Origin: Alphaproteobacteria bacterium
Lineage (GTDB): Bacteria > Pseudomonadota > Alphaproteobacteria > UBA6615
Length of the DNA stretch: 64,000 nucleotides
Reading direction: 5' to 3'
Assembly (NCBI GenBank): GCA_965261975.1
Contig: CBDHEC010000010.1
Coordinates: forward strand, 1-64,000
In this document: positions 18,527-29,798 of the stretch, piece by piece
Numbering within the stretch: the stretch's first letter is position 1
Layout: each line of letters starts with the position of its first letter
The notes under the pieces: model-generated
Seen by the model: only the letters and a program-made list of their open reading frames with translations
The model's database searches: none
What the model was told of the DNA's origin: nothing
Program-made: the position numbers and the translations under genes

Positions 18527-19561
18527 ATGGTTGAAATTATCCGAGAAGAAATCGCGACAGCGGATACCTGGGTCGGCCCGGATGTTCAGGATGATCCGCG
18601 CTGGCTCTACCAACTGACACCGGCGGATCTGCAGGAAATCGACGCAGCCCTCCAGGCGGCGAAGGCGGCTGGCAGCGAAATCCCCTTCCCGGCCGAGGAC
18701 TTTCCGATTCCGGCATTCAAGGCGCGTCTCGACGAGTTGATGGACAGGGTCTCCAACGGGCTGGGGGTGATCCTGATCCGTGGCGTTCCCCGCGACCGCT
18801 ACACGGACGAGGAATGCGGCCTGATCTATTGGGGGATCAGCACCCATATCGGCTCGCCGGTCAGCCAGAACGGGCGCGGCCATCTGCTGGGCCATGTCAC
18901 GGATGAAGGCAAATCCCTCGCCGACCCGAATGCGCGCGGCTACCAGACCAAGAACCGCCTCGATTTTCACAGCGACCAGCTTCCCGTCGATGTCTTGGGC
19001 CTGTTCTGCATGCGCAAATCTAAATCCGGCGGCGCCAGTTTTCTCGTCAGCGCCAACGCGGTCCATAATGTGCTGCTCACCGAGCGCCCCGACCTGATCG
19101 ACGTGTACTACCAGCCCTTCCACATCGACTGGCGCGGCGACCATCCCGACGGCGAACAGCCCTGGTACGACATCCCGATGCTCAGCGCGCGCGACGGCAA
19201 GCTCGCATCACGCGTCACCAACCGCTCCTTCATGGAATCGGTGGCACGCTATGGCGAGGAACTCGCGCTCACCGATCTGCAGAAGGAAGCGCTCGATGTC
19301 TTCCAGGAGATATCGAACCGGGAGGAGTTGCGCCTGCAAATGCACTTCGAGCCCGGCGACATGCAGTTCATCAACAACCACACCATCCTGCATGCCCGCG
19401 AAGCCTATGAGGATTATGACGACCCCGCGCTGAAGCGGCACCTGCTGCGGGTCTGGATCGGGCTGCCCGACGACAAGCGCCGCCCGCTGGCACCGGTGCT
19501 CGACGAGCGCTACAGCCTCGTGGCGAACGGCGGCATTCCGAGGCAGGCCGCAGCGGCCTGA
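18527..19561 (+). CDS. TauD/TfdA family Fe(II)/2-oxoglutarate dioxygenase
   Basis: FHSD, PGDMQFINNHTILHAR, RHLLRVW. Confidence 0.9.
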   Translation: MVEIIREEIATADTWVGPDVQDDPRWLYQLTPADLQEIDAALQAAKAAGSEIPFPAEDFPIPAFKARLDELMDRVSNGLGVILIRGVPRDRYTDEECGLIYWGISTHIGSPVSQNGRGHLLGHVTDEGKSLADPNARGYQTKNRLDFHSDQLPVDVLGLFCMRKSKSGGASFLVSANAVHNVLLTERPDLIDVYYQPFHIDWRGDHPDGEQPWYDIPMLSARDGKLASRVTNRSFMESVARYGEELALTDLQKEALDVFQEISNREELRLQMHFEPGDMQFINNHTILHAREAYEDYDDPALKRHLLRVWIGLPDDKRRPLAPVLDERYSLVANGGIPRQAAAA

Positions 19562-19570
19562 CAGTAGTTC

Positions 19571-20977
19571 CTATGCGTCGTAGCCGCTGAGGTTGTAGCC
19601 TGGCGGCTGCATCCGCTCGACGAAGGCCGCGGCACGCACCACAGCTGCATCATCCAGATAACGCCCGACCACCTGCAGACCGACCGGCATGCCGTCGCTG
19701 GCGATGCCCGCGCATACGGACGCGGCGGGCTGGCCCGTGAGGTTGAACGGATAGGTATAGTAGACCCAGGACACGAGATTGCGGTCCTCGTGACCCGGCG
19801 GGACATTGACTTCGACATCGACGGAACTGACCGGCAGGACCGGCGAAATCAACGCGTCGTATTTTTCGAACAGCGTGGCCATTCTCTCGCGCAGCACGTA
19901 ACGCTCGAAGACCTTGGTGTAGTAGTCGCGCATCTCCTGACCGAGCGCGGGCTCGAGGATGTCTGCGACGGCAGGGTCGAGCATATCGCGCTGGCCCTCG
20001 AGCACGGCACGCAGCTTGATGCCAACACCCGCATAGAATTCCGCCGACCAGAGATCGGCCGGGTCCGCCTCGAACACGTCGTCGACCTGTTCCACATGCG
20101 CGCCCGCATCCTCGAACTTGCGAACTGCCGCTTCGACGATCTGAACGACCTCCGGGTCGGGATTGGCATAGCCCAGCGTCGGGCTCCAGGCGATCCGCAT
20201 GCCTTCGACCGACTGCTCACAGGCGCCCAGCACATCGGGCACATCACCCGCGATGCCGAACGGGTCACGCGCGTCGTAGCCGGCAATCGCCGAGAACAGC
20301 AGGGCGGCATCGCGCATGTTTCGCGCCATGGGCCCCACATGGGCCAGTGTCGGCGTCGCGGTGGTCGGCCAGACCGGCACCCGGGCGAAGCTGCCCTTGA
20401 TACCGGCGAGACCGGTCAGCGAGCACGGGATACGGATCGAACCCCCACCGTCGGTGCCCAGACCAAAGGGCGTGACACCCGCGGCGATCGACGCGCCCGC
20501 ACCCGCGCTCGACCCGCCGGGTGTCTTGTCCCGGTTCCACGGATTGCGGGTGATACCCGTCAGCGGGGAATCACCAACGGGCTTGCAGCCGAACTCGCTG
20601 GTGGTGGTTTTGCCGATCACCACGGCGCCGGCTGCGCGCGCACGCTCAACAGCCGGGGCATCATCCGGCGCGATATTGTCGGCCATGACCTTCGACCCGA
20701 ACGCAAACGGCGCGTCGCCGACAGAAATCAGGTCTTTCACCGACATGGGCAGCCCATGCAGCGCCCCCAGCGCACCGCCAGCCATCACCGCATCTTCAGC
20801 CGCCTGCGCGGCGGCCAACGCCTTTTCGGGAAACAGGACGAAGAACGGGTTCAGGTCCGCCTGGACCGCCTCGGCACGTTCGAGCGAACGCCGGGTCAAC
20901 TCGACCGGCGAGATGTCCTTGCGGCCGATGCGCAGGCGCAACTCGCTGGCGCTCATATAGTCGAATTCATGGGCCAT
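19571..20977 (-). CDS. Amidase (amidase-signature family)
   Basis: VKD, GKTTTSEFG, TPGGSSAG, GTDGGGSIRIP. Confidence 0.93.
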   Translation of the reverse strand: MAHEFDYMSASELRLRIGRKDISPVELTRRSLERAEAVQADLNPFFVLFPEKALAAAQAAEDAVMAGGALGALHGLPMSVKDLISVGDAPFAFGSKVMADNIAPDDAPAVERARAAGAVVIGKTTTSEFGCKPVGDSPLTGITRNPWNRDKTPGGSSAGAGASIAAGVTPFGLGTDGGGSIRIPCSLTGLAGIKGSFARVPVWPTTATPTLAHVGPMARNMRDAALLFSAIAGYDARDPFGIAGDVPDVLGACEQSVEGMRIAWSPTLGYANPDPEVVQIVEAAVRKFEDAGAHVEQVDDVFEADPADLWSAEFYAGVGIKLRAVLEGQRDMLDPAVADILEPALGQEMRDYYTKVFERYVLRERMATLFEKYDALISPVLPVSSVDVEVNVPPGHEDRNLVSWVYYTYPFNLTGQPAASVCAGIASDGMPVGLQVVGRYLDDAAVVRAAAFVERMQPPGYNLSGYDA

Positions 20978-21011
20978 GTGGGCGCCTCTCTCTTCCGGAT
21001 CAGTCGTCGAC

Positions 21012-21713
21012 TTATTCATCAACAATGGCGAAGGCACGGATCGGCGAGCCGGAACCGCCCTTGAACCGGAGCGGGACACCGAAGAACTCGAACTCGCCCA
21101 ACCCGATCAGATCTTCGAGATTGACCAGCCACTCCATGTGGCTGATACCGAGCTCGCGGCAGATGCGATGCTGGGCGAACAGGCTGTCGGACGGTTTGTC
21201 CGTCGACGGACCCTCGACCCCGTGCAGGCGCGAGCCGCGGTCATACATCCACTGGGTCGCGGCCACCGTGATCCCCGCATTCGACAGCACGACCTCGCGG
21301 TTCGGGTAGTGGCGCTTGTGCAGGCCGGTGCACAGCAGAATGATATGGCCGTCGATCTTCACGCCGGATTCTTCTTCCGCCTTCTCCATGTCGGCCACGT
21401 CGATGTCGCCGAGGTCGCCGACATGGCGCATGTCGAAACACACGCCCTTGCCGAAGAAACGGTCGAGCGGCATCTCGTCGATCGAGGCACCGTTCGGGTC
21501 GAAATGGCGCAGGGCATCCACATGGGTCCCGACATGATCCAATGTCGAGATGAAGTTGGTCTGGAAGGTGATCGGGTCGTCCGGCGTGCCGAGCTCCAGC
21601 GCCTTGGTGTTCTCATGGGTCATCGCCTTGAGATAGACCGGGCTCTGGAACAGCTTGTGGGACGGCATGTTGTCCTCGATGTCGAGGCTCAGATCGATGA
21701 TGCGTCGGGCCAT
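21012..21713 (-). CDS. Cyclase family (kynurenine formamidase-like) metallohydrolase
   Basis: DHVGTHVDALRH, GGSGSPIRA. Confidence 0.92.
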   Translation of the reverse strand: MARRIIDLSLDIEDNMPSHKLFQSPVYLKAMTHENTKALELGTPDDPITFQTNFISTLDHVGTHVDALRHFDPNGASIDEMPLDRFFGKGVCFDMRHVGDLGDIDVADMEKAEEESGVKIDGHIILLCTGLHKRHYPNREVVLSNAGITVAATQWMYDRGSRLHGVEGPSTDKPSDSLFAQHRICRELGISHMEWLVNLEDLIGLGEFEFFGVPLRFKGGSGSPIRAFAIVDE

Positions 21714-21745
21714 GATGGCTCCCCCCTTTTTCGTTTTTTCTTCAA

Positions 21746-22276
21746 CTAGTCGTTCTTCAGATGACCATCGCGATTGGCATACAGGTCGTCGTCGGCATAG
21801 CCCATGGTCTCGGGTTTCCCGCGGCCGAGCATGACCTGAAACCAGACCGGCTCCAGGGAATTGTTGTCGTAGCCGTGGATCACGCCGGGCGGGCAGGTAA
21901 TGCATTCCCATGGCCCGAGCCGCGTCTCCAGGCGGCGTCCGTCTTCATCCTCGACGAACACGTCGAGCAGGCCCTTGAGCACGAAGAACGTCTCCTCCAC
22001 CTCGTGGGTGTGGGCGGCGTTCCCCTGCCCCGGGTTCACATACATGATCGACAGCGTATGGGCACGGGCCGGGATGGCGTTGTCGTCGTCATGCTTGCCG
22101 GAGCCGCCGGCACCGATAAACCGATGCTGGGCGCGGCGATAGCCCTCGATCTTGGCATCCTCGAACGCCTCCCAGTCGGGCACCCGGTCGCGGTAGCGGG
22201 CGACATAGGTGTCCATGATCTCCTCGAGCGTGGCGTCGACGAGTTCGGGCGGGCGCGGATGGCGGGCGACGGACAA
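21746..22276 (-). CDS. Cupin domain protein
   Basis: PGQGNAAHTHEVEETFFVLKG...PPGVIHGY. Confidence 0.9.
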   Translation of the reverse strand: MSVARHPRPPELVDATLEEIMDTYVARYRDRVPDWEAFEDAKIEGYRRAQHRFIGAGGSGKHDDDNAIPARAHTLSIMYVNPGQGNAAHTHEVEETFFVLKGLLDVFVEDEDGRRLETRLGPWECITCPPGVIHGYDNNSLEPVWFQVMLGRGKPETMGYADDDLYANRDGHLKND

Positions 22277-22376
22277 TGTTCTTCTCCCCGGATAAATTCA
22301 CGAGGCGAACGGAAGCATGGCCGGGGGACCGACGTCAAACGCCGCCGTCTGTGAAATGCATGAGAATGTGAGGAAG

Positions 22377-22452
22377 TGGTGCCCAGGGGCGGATTCGAAC
22401 CACCGACACCGCGATTTTCAGTCGCGTGCTCTACCAACTGAGCTACCTGGGC
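22377..22452 (-). tRNA. tRNA-Phe (GAA)
   Basis: GCCCAGGTAGCTCAGTTGGTAGAGCACGCGACTGAAAATCGCGGTGTCGGTGGTTCGAATCCGCCCCTGGGCACCA: 76-nt cloverleaf with encoded CCA. Confidence 0.97.
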
Positions 22453-22507
22453 ACACGGTCAGTTGGAAGGCGCGGATATACGTAAATTCACCGCACCTGT
22501 CCAGCGC

Positions 22508-22690
22508 TCACCCCTGATCTTCCTCACCGTCGTTCAATCCGCCCTCATAGACGGTCGGCGCTTCGTCGGTCGGGATGCGGTAAGTGCCCCCCAGCCAGCG
22601 CGACAAATCGACATTGGCGCAGCGCTGGGAACAGAAGGGCCGATGCTTCTCATCGACCGCTTTCGAACAGATCGGGCAGGACTTGGCCAT
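22508..22690 (-). CDS. yacG: DNA gyrase inhibitor YacG
   Basis: CPICSK...RPFCSQRCANVDLSRWL..YRIP. Confidence 0.93.
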   Translation of the reverse strand: MAKSCPICSKAVDEKHRPFCSQRCANVDLSRWLGGTYRIPTDEAPTVYEGGLNDGEEDQG

Positions 22691-22728
22691 CGCGGGAAAA
22701 GACGTTTCTGTCGGACCGTAACCGGAAT

Positions 22729-23946
22729 TCAGGCGGACCCTAGCATGACTTCGAATCGGTCGTTCGCACGATCCGCCTCGGCCACCACGTCCAGCCGCCC
22801 GACTGTTTGGGCCGCCTGATCGCACGCCCCCTTGAGCCGGTCTGCGAGCGCCTCGGCCACGGGTTGCGAGACCAGCAGACGATAGCCGCCGGACGGCGTG
22901 GCGGCTGCCGCGCGCACCACGGCCCGCAGGCCGGCATAGGCCACCGCATCGACCGAAAGCTCGGGTGCGGAGGCCGGCACATGCATCCGGTCAGCCAGGG
23001 ACAGGCCGGTGCGCGTGCGGGTCATCTCGATCAGGCCGAGATTGGTGATGCCCAAGACATGGCATGCGCCCGGGTCGTCCTTCAGGGCGTTGCGCAACGC
23101 CCCGAGGACCCGGTTGCGATCGTCGCGCGCGTTCATCTTCAGCGCGTCGATAACGATGGCTCCGGCGATATTGCGCAGGCGCAGCTGCCGGGCGATCTCG
23201 GGCATCGCCTTCTGGTTCACGTCGCGCGACGCGCGACCCGACTTGCCGACAGCCCCGGCCGAGTTGATATCGATCACGCACATCGCCTCGGCCGTGTCGA
23301 ACACGAGCTCGGCGCCGCCCGGAATCCGAACGCGCCGCGACAGCGCGGCGTCAATGGCGTCCTCGATGTCATGCTTGGCGAACAGATCACCCGATCCACG
23401 CGTGATGCATTCGGCCAGGTCAGGGTGATTGTCGGCGGCCCAGGCCCGCGCGGCATTCTCGATCGCGGCATCACCGCAGATGATTTGTTCGGTGTCGGCG
23501 GTCACAAAGCGATCAAGGATCAATCCGACCGCAGGAGGCGGTGATTCCAGACAATCGGATGCGGTCCTGTCCGTGAACATCGGGTCGGGTGTGACGCGCG
23601 CGATGCGGGGACCCTTGTCGGCAAACCCGTCCGCCATCACACGCACGTCGATCTGCATGCCCTCGTTCACACGTTCGCCGATCCGGGCGTTCCGCGGGGT
23701 CTTGGCGGCAGGATCAGACGCGTCGCGCGCGCGCAAATAGGCCTCCGGGCCCTGGCCGATGTCGACGAAGGCCCCATTCAGGCCGTGGTCGACCTTTCGC
23801 ACCCGGCCGCGATAGACAGCACCGATCAGGCTGGGCTCCGCGTCACGGTGATGGACAACATCCCAGGTCACGCCTGCGCGCAGCAGCGCGCCGCGCACCT
23901 CGCCGGGTCCGCTGTCGATGACGATGGTGGTGCGGTGCTTGCTCAC
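22729..23946 (-). CDS. Ribonuclease E/G family protein
   Basis: S1 domain (YRGRV..GAFVDIG), VIDINS, ARQLRLRNIAGAIVID, GLIEMTR; GTG start overlaps the maf stop. Confidence 0.9.
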   Translation of the reverse strand: MSKHRTTIVIDSGPGEVRGALLRAGVTWDVVHHRDAEPSLIGAVYRGRVRKVDHGLNGAFVDIGQGPEAYLRARDASDPAAKTPRNARIGERVNEGMQIDVRVMADGFADKGPRIARVTPDPMFTDRTASDCLESPPPAVGLILDRFVTADTEQIICGDAAIENAARAWAADNHPDLAECITRGSGDLFAKHDIEDAIDAALSRRVRIPGGAELVFDTAEAMCVIDINSAGAVGKSGRASRDVNQKAMPEIARQLRLRNIAGAIVIDALKMNARDDRNRVLGALRNALKDDPGACHVLGITNLGLIEMTRTRTGLSLADRMHVPASAPELSVDAVAYAGLRAVVRAAAATPSGGYRLLVSQPVAEALADRLKGACDQAAQTVGRLDVVAEADRANDRFEVMLGSA

Positions 23947-24524
23947 GGCGTTGCTTTCCAGCCCAGCCCTTCGAGCATGGACTTCGCCAGCGTCAGATCG
24001 AGGCCGACGATGTTGGTGTAGGACCCGTTGACCGCCGGCACGAACGCCCCGGCCCGGCCCTGAATGGCATACCCGCCGGCCTTGCCCTGCCATTCGTCGG
24101 TGGCGAGGTAGGCGGTGATGTCGGCATCGGACAGGCGCTTGAAACGCACGACGGTCGTGGACAGCCGGTCCGACCGGCGGCCATCGGGGGCGATGACGGA
24201 GATTCCGCCGAGCACCCGGTGCCGGCGCCCTGACAGCATTTCGAGAAATTTCCGCGCTTCGGCATCATCGATCGGCTTGCCGAGTTGGCGGCGGCCGACG
24301 GCGACGACCGTGTCGGCGGCCAGCACAAAGGCATCGGGCGCCTGTTCGGCGACGGCACTCGCCTTCGCCGCCGCGAGGCGTCTTGCCATCGGCAGGGGAA
24401 GTTCCCCCGGTCGCGGGGTCTCGTCGATTTCGGCGGGCATGACCGCGTCGGGCACGATGCCGACCTGCGCCAGCAGGTCGAGCCGTCGCGGCGAGGCGGA
24501 TGCCAGGATAAGGCGCTGGCTCAC
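23943..24524 (-). CDS. maf: Maf-family nucleoside triphosphate pyrophosphatase
   Basis: LILASASPRR, LAADTVV, GKAGGYAIQG, SYTNIVGL. Confidence 0.95.
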   Translation of the reverse strand: MSQRLILASASPRRLDLLAQVGIVPDAVMPAEIDETPRPGELPLPMARRLAAAKASAVAEQAPDAFVLAADTVVAVGRRQLGKPIDDAEARKFLEMLSGRRHRVLGGISVIAPDGRRSDRLSTTVVRFKRLSDADITAYLATDEWQGKAGGYAIQGRAGAFVPAVNGSYTNIVGLDLTLAKSMLEGLGWKATP

Positions 24525-24605
24525 GGCGTGCCCCCAGGGTCTTGGAACATGTGCGGGTTCCGGAATCCCGCCACCACAAGCAGCGGGCCGGGAATGATCA
24601 CGCGC

Positions 24606-24824
24606 CTACTTGAAGCGGAACGTGATGCGCCCCTTGGTCAAATCATAGGGCGTCATTTCCACGTTCACCTTGTCACCGGCGAGAACGCGAATGCGGTGCT
24701 TGCGCATTTTACCGGCGGTGTGCGCAAGGACTTCGTGGCCGTTGTCGAGCTCAACGCGGAACATCGCGTTGGGGAGGATTTCGGTCACCGTGCCGGAAAA
24801 TTCGAGCAGGTCTTCTTTTGCCAT
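24606..24824 (-). CDS. infA: Translation initiation factor IF-1
   Basis: [13 protein letters not shown]...[14 protein letters not shown]...[13 protein letters not shown]; 72 aa. Confidence 0.98.
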   Translation of the reverse strand: MAKEDLLEFSGTVTEILPNAMFRVELDNGHEVLAHTAGKMRKHRIRVLAGDKVNVEMTPYDLTKGRITFRFK

Positions 24825-24934
24825 ACCCATCATCACGTTGTTGATATCGGCCCGCATTCTCGCGGGATGGGGCAAGCAACCCGAAAACCGCCGCAATTTC
24901 AAGCGTTTTCGGGCGATCTGCGTACAGTCAAACC

Positions 24935-25384
24935 TCAAACGACCCGGTCGGGGGTCGGAAAACGCGCCTTGATTCGCTCGAAAAGCGCGTCGCGCACCTC
25001 GCGATAGGCCTGCAACCGAACCTCCCGCGAACCCGTGACATCGGCGGGATGCATCGTCGGCCAGTATTCCAACTCGCACGGGATCGTGCGCGTGAATTCA
25101 ACCGCGCGATGCTGTGCCTGGGGGGTGAAGGTGATGATCAGGTCCACAGAATCGTCGGGCAGGTCGTCGAAGCTCTTGGCCTGATGCGCGGAGATATCGA
25201 GGCCGATCTCCTGCATCGCGGCAACGGCGAACGGATCGGCCTCTTCCCCGTTCGGGCGTACTCCGGCGCTGTCGACATAAACCCGGTGCCCCACCAGGTG
25301 TTTCATGATCGCCTCGGCCATGACCGACCGGATGGTGTTGCGATCGCATGCAAACAAGACGCTTCCTGGCAGGCCTTCGGTCAT
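24935..25384 (-). CDS. Low-molecular-weight phosphatase / arsenate reductase family
   Basis: [12 protein letters not shown] (CX5R), VDSAG. Confidence 0.9.
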   Translation of the reverse strand: MTEGLPGSVLFACDRNTIRSVMAEAIMKHLVGHRVYVDSAGVRPNGEEADPFAVAAMQEIGLDISAHQAKSFDDLPDDSVDLIITFTPQAQHRAVEFTRTIPCELEYWPTMHPADVTGSREVRLQAYREVRDALFERIKARFPTPDRVV

Positions 25385-25386
25385 GG

Positions 25387-25878
25387 TCAGGCCCGGATAT
25401 GCAGCGCGCAGATCAGCGTGAACAGCCGCCGCGAGGTGTCGTGATCGATGGTGATACGGCCGTCCAACAATTCGCGCAGCTGGTCCGAGCCTTCATTGTG
25501 CAGGCCGCGGCGACCCATATCGAGCGCCTCGATCTGCGCGGGAGACGAAGACCGGATCGCTTCGTAGTAGCTTTCGCAGACCGTGAAATAGTCCTTGATG
25601 ACCTTGCGGAACGGGGTCATCGGCAGCGACAGCGCGCCGACAGCCATCCCGGATTCACTCGTGATGTCGAATTGAAGCTGGCGGCCCTGGGTCCGCAGCA
25701 CCAGAACGAATGGCCCGCCGGGCCCATCGCCGAAGCAAGCCTGATCGGGTGCGAAAACATTGGCCTCGATCAGGTCATAGATCGCGACCTCGATTTCGCG
25801 TTCCACATCCGGATGGAACCGCACGACACCGGGATTATCGATCTCGACCCGCGCGATCCTGTTATCGGATTCACCCAT
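25387..25878 (-). CDS. UPF0262 family protein
   Basis: VAIYDLIE.N.F, IKDYF..CESYYEAIR, DMGRRGLHNEGS, RRLFTLICALH; usual position after hisD. Confidence 0.93.
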   Translation of the reverse strand: MGESDNRIARVEIDNPGVVRFHPDVEREIEVAIYDLIEANVFAPDQACFGDGPGGPFVLVLRTQGRQLQFDITSESGMAVGALSLPMTPFRKVIKDYFTVCESYYEAIRSSSPAQIEALDMGRRGLHNEGSDQLRELLDGRITIDHDTSRRLFTLICALHIRA

Positions 25879-25896
25879 GGCAGATCCGGCGCCGGC

Positions 25897-27216
25897 TCAG
25901 TCGTCGTCTGTTCGGGGGTCTGGGTCGCCCGTGAGCCGCACCTCGACCGCCCGCGCATGGGCCTCGAGCCCCTCGGCGCGCGCAAGCGTCATCGCCGGGC
26001 CGGCGAGCGCGCGAAAGCTCTCCTCATTGGCCTGGAACATCGAGCTGCGTTTCATGAAATCGAGCACGCCGAGGCCCGACGAAAACCGTGCCGTACGCGC
26101 CGTGGGCAACACATGGTTCGGCCCCGCCAGATAGTCACCCAGCACTTCGGGTGCATAGGCGCCGAGGAATATCGACCCGGCGTTGCGAATCTCGCTCTCC
26201 AGCGCTTCCGCGCGCGGTCCGATCAGCTCCAGATGCTCCGGTGCCATGCGGTCGATCAACGCCACCGCGTCGGCCAGGTCAGGCAAAAGGATCGTCGCGC
26301 CGAAGGTCGTCCAGCTCTCCCCCGCGATCTCATGGCGCGGCAACTCGGGAATCTGGCGCAGGACTTCCGCCTCCACGGCGTCGGCGAACGCGGCGTCGTC
26401 GGTCATCAGCACCGATTGGGCGCTCGTATCATGTTCGGCCTGGCTCAGGAGATCGGCCGCGACCCAAGCGGGGTTCGCGGACGCCTCCGCGACCACCAGA
26501 ATCTCCGACGGGCCGGCAATCATGTCGATCCCCACGACACCGAAGACCTGCCGCTTGGCCTCGGCCACATAGGCGTTACCGGGCCCGACGATCTTGTCGA
26601 CGGGCGCGATACTGTCCGTGCCATAGGCCAGGGCGGCGACGGCCTGGGCGCCGCCCACGCGATATATTTCATCGACACCGGCGATGTCGGCTGCGGCCAG
26701 CACCAGCGGGTTCAAGACCCCGTCCGGCGACGGCACGACCATGACGATGCGTTCGACCCCGGCAACGTGCGCAGGCACGGCGTTCATCAAAACGGAAGAT
26801 GGATAGGCCGCCGTCCCGCCGGGTACATAAAGCCCCGCCGCGGCGACCGGGCGCCAGCGGCTGACGAGCCTGACCCCCAGATCGTCGACATAGTCGAAAT
26901 CACCAGATCGCTGGTTCTCATGGTAGGCGACGATGCGGGCGCGCGCCGTCTCAAGGGCCGCGAGCGCGTCGGCATCACAAGCCGCCCGCGCCGCCGCGAT
27001 CTCGTCGGCGGTGACACGCAAACCGTCTGCGGAAAGGCGCAGGCGATCGAACTTCTCGGTCAGCGCCAGGAGTGCGGCATCGCCCTCCGCCTTCACCCGG
27101 GCGATGATGGCCTCGACATCGCCGCGCACATCGACCCCGGCCTCGCGCCGCTCGGCCAGCAAGGCGGCAAACGACGTGTCGAAATCCGGTCGCGCGGCGT
27201 CCAGCCTACGCGACAT
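25897..27216 (-). CDS. hisD: Histidinol dehydrogenase
   Basis: [42 protein letters not shown]. Confidence 0.98.
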   Translation of the reverse strand: MSRRLDAARPDFDTSFAALLAERREAGVDVRGDVEAIIARVKAEGDAALLALTEKFDRLRLSADGLRVTADEIAAARAACDADALAALETARARIVAYHENQRSGDFDYVDDLGVRLVSRWRPVAAAGLYVPGGTAAYPSSVLMNAVPAHVAGVERIVMVVPSPDGVLNPLVLAAADIAGVDEIYRVGGAQAVAALAYGTDSIAPVDKIVGPGNAYVAEAKRQVFGVVGIDMIAGPSEILVVAEASANPAWVAADLLSQAEHDTSAQSVLMTDDAAFADAVEAEVLRQIPELPRHEIAGESWTTFGATILLPDLADAVALIDRMAPEHLELIGPRAEALESEIRNAGSIFLGAYAPEVLGDYLAGPNHVLPTARTARFSSGLGVLDFMKRSSMFQANEESFRALAGPAMTLARAEGLEAHARAVEVRLTGDPDPRTDDD

Positions 27217-27883
27217 CTCGGGCTTCCTGCGCGGCATCGCGGAACCGGTCGATCCAGCCCGTCATCTCCGTCGCGCGGGTCTTCAGGGCCGCACGGTTGA
27301 CCACGAGGCGCGAACTGATCTCCGCGATCGTCTCGATCTCCACCAGCCCGTTGGCTTTGAGGGTGGAGCCGGTCGAGACCAGGTCGACGATGCGCCGGCA
27401 CAGGCCGAGCGACGGGGCCAGCTCGATGGCACCATTCAGCTTGATGCATTCGGCCTGAACGCCACGCCGGGCAAAGTAATCCTGGGTCATGTTCGGATAT
27501 TTGGTGGCCACGCGCACATGGCTCCAGCGCGCCGGATCGTCCACCGCGACGACGGATTGCGGCGCGGCCACGGCCAGTCGGCACGCGCCGATGCCAAGAT
27601 CGATCGGCGCGTAGAGTTCGGGATAGTCGAACTCCATGATCACGTCGCTGCCGGCGACACCGAAATACGCCGCTCCGAATGCCACGAAGGTTGCCACATC
27701 GAAGGCACGCACACGAATGATGTCCACGCCCGGCACCGAGGTCTCGAACCGCAGCAGGCGCGACTTGGGATCATGGAACGCAGGCTCGGGCTCGATGCCC
27801 ACATGCTCGAGCAACGGCATCACTTCACCCAGGATTCGGCCTTTCGGCAGGGCAAGAATAAGCTTCTCGGTCTTTGTCGCCAC
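27206..27883 (-). CDS. hisG: ATP phosphoribosyltransferase (short form)
   Basis: [37 protein letters not shown]. Confidence 0.97.
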   Translation of the reverse strand: MATKTEKLILALPKGRILGEVMPLLEHVGIEPEPAFHDPKSRLLRFETSVPGVDIIRVRAFDVATFVAFGAAYFGVAGSDVIMEFDYPELYAPIDLGIGACRLAVAAPQSVVAVDDPARWSHVRVATKYPNMTQDYFARRGVQAECIKLNGAIELAPSLGLCRRIVDLVSTGSTLKANGLVEIETIAEISSRLVVNRAALKTRATEMTGWIDRFRDAAQEARDVA

Positions 27884-27958
27884 GTCACACCTTCCAGGGA
27901 CCGCAACTCGATGCTACCCGGCGCCACAAGCGCACGGCTTGCGACAACGAGGCGGCTT

Positions 27959-28417
27959 TTATTGGTCCGCGTGCTCGGGCCGCCACTGGGTCGGCCACGC
28001 TTCGCCGAAATCCTCCAGATGACAGAGGAGTCCGGTCGTTTGCAGCCGAATAGCCGTATCTCCGGAGAAGGTCAATTGTACCGTGGGTCCATCTCCGCCG
28101 GCTTCGAGCTCGCAGGAGATGGCGAGGAGATTCAAAAACCTGCCCCGCGCGGTGAAATCGATGCCGCGGCGCTTGACGTCAATTACGTTCGAGAAGGTGA
28201 CGCCGGAGTTGATTCGCTCGGCATGTTCGCCAGGGCCGGATGCGTCGACAGCTTCCCATTTGAACCGGTTGGCCACAAACACGAAACGTCGCTCATCGGG
28301 TTCGAAGGCAATGTCACCGATGGGCAGGATCGCGTCCTGCAGCGCCCCGGAGACAACCGCCAGGTCCTTTTCATCCGTGGCGGCAAGCTTCAGCGGGGAT
28401 GCTGCGGCGGACATCAA
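27959..28417 (-). CDS. DUF2948 family protein
   Basis: [24 protein letters not shown]; conserved position after murA. Confidence 0.88.
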   Translation of the reverse strand: MMSAAASPLKLAATDEKDLAVVSGALQDAILPIGDIAFEPDERRFVFVANRFKWEAVDASGPGEHAERINSGVTFSNVIDVKRRGIDFTARGRFLNLLAISCELEAGGDGPTVQLTFSGDTAIRLQTTGLLCHLEDFGEAWPTQWRPEHADQ

Positions 28418-29703
28418 TCGTCCTCGACCCGCTCGACATCGGCCCCGACAAGCCGGAGTTTCTCCTCGAGGCGCTCATAGCCGCGATCGAGATGATAGAT
28501 CCGCCGAACCTCGGTGACACCGTCGGCGACGAGCCCTGCGACCACCAACGACGCGCTGGCCCGCAGATCAGACGCCATCACCGGTGCACCGTTGAGCTGG
28601 TCGACCCCGCGCACGACCGCCGTGTTGCCTTGAATGGTGATGTCCGCACCCATCCGCTGCAGCTCCGGCACATGCATGAAACGATTCTCGAAGATCGTCT
28701 CGGTGATGACGGAGGCCCCGTTCGCGGTCGTCATCAGGGCCAGGAACTGCGCCTGCAGGTCGGTGGGAAACCCGGGATAGGGATCGGTTTCGACGTCCAC
28801 GGCCAGCAAATCGCTGTCCGCACGGCTGACGAAGACGCCGCCATCACGCGCCTCGATGGTTGTACCGGTCTTGCGCAGCTGCGCGGCCGCGGCCTCGATA
28901 TGGTCGAGCCGCGCCCCTTCAAGCTGCACCGTGCCGCCGGTGATTGCGGCGGCCATGGCATAGGTCCCTGCCTCGATCCGGTCGGGCATGATCGAATGTT
29001 CGGCCCCGTGCAGGCGATCGACGCCCTGGACCGTAAGGGTCGCGGTGCCGACCCCGTCAATCTTCGCGCCCATCGCGATCAGACATTCGCACAGATCGGT
29101 GATTTCCGGCTCGCGCGCGGCGTTCTCGAAAATCGTCTCGCCGGTCGCCAGGCATGCAGCGAGAAGCAGGTTTTCTGTCGCGCCCACCGAGACCTTCGGG
29201 AACACATAACGCGCACCGCGCAGCCCCTTGGGCGCACTGGCGCGGATGTAGCCGGCCTCGACCTCGATCTCCGCCCCCAGCGCCTCCAGCCCCGACAGGT
29301 GGATATCGACAGGCCGGGTCCCGATGGCGCAACCGCCCGGAAGGGACACGGTCGCCACGCCTTCGCGGGCCACGATCGGCCCGAGCACGAGCACCGAGGC
29401 GCGCATACGGCGCACCAGGTCGTAGGGTGCGGTGGTGCTCGTAATCTTCCCGGCCTTGAGCGACATGACCCGGCCCACATGGCCACCATTGTCGGCATGC
29501 CCTTCCAGCGACACGAGCGCTCCGTGCTGCCCCAGAAGGTTCGCCATTGTGGTGATGTCGGCAAGGTGCGGCACGTTCGACAAGACGAGTGCTTCGTCAG
29601 TCAGCAAGCTCGCAGCCATCAGTGGCAGTGCCGCGTTCTTGGCGCCGCCAATACGAATGACACCGTTCAGCGTCTGGCCACCCCGGATCCTGATTTTGTC
29701 CAT
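28414..29703 (-). CDS. murA: UDP-N-acetylglucosamine 1-carboxyvinyltransferase
   Basis: [41 protein letters not shown]. Confidence 0.98.
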   Translation of the reverse strand: MDKIRIRGGQTLNGVIRIGGAKNAALPLMAASLLTDEALVLSNVPHLADITTMANLLGQHGALVSLEGHADNGGHVGRVMSLKAGKITSTTAPYDLVRRMRASVLVLGPIVAREGVATVSLPGGCAIGTRPVDIHLSGLEALGAEIEVEAGYIRASAPKGLRGARYVFPKVSVGATENLLLAACLATGETIFENAAREPEITDLCECLIAMGAKIDGVGTATLTVQGVDRLHGAEHSIMPDRIEAGTYAMAAAITGGTVQLEGARLDHIEAAAAQLRKTGTTIEARDGGVFVSRADSDLLAVDVETDPYPGFPTDLQAQFLALMTTANGASVITETIFENRFMHVPELQRMGADITIQGNTAVVRGVDQLNGAPVMASDLRASASLVVAGLVADGVTEVRRIYHLDRGYERLEEKLRLVGADVERVEDD

Positions 29704-29798
29704 CGTGTTTCGTTACCGGCTGTGGTTGCGGGAGGATTGCCGAATAGTCGGTGAATGCGGCAATTGCGTGTCGTCGACGGGAAAACAGCCCGCCATCA

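Noticed and set aside
22377-22452. tRNA-Phe as the attachment site of an active integrative element
   Set aside because: No integrase and no duplicated tRNA 3' end found by eye
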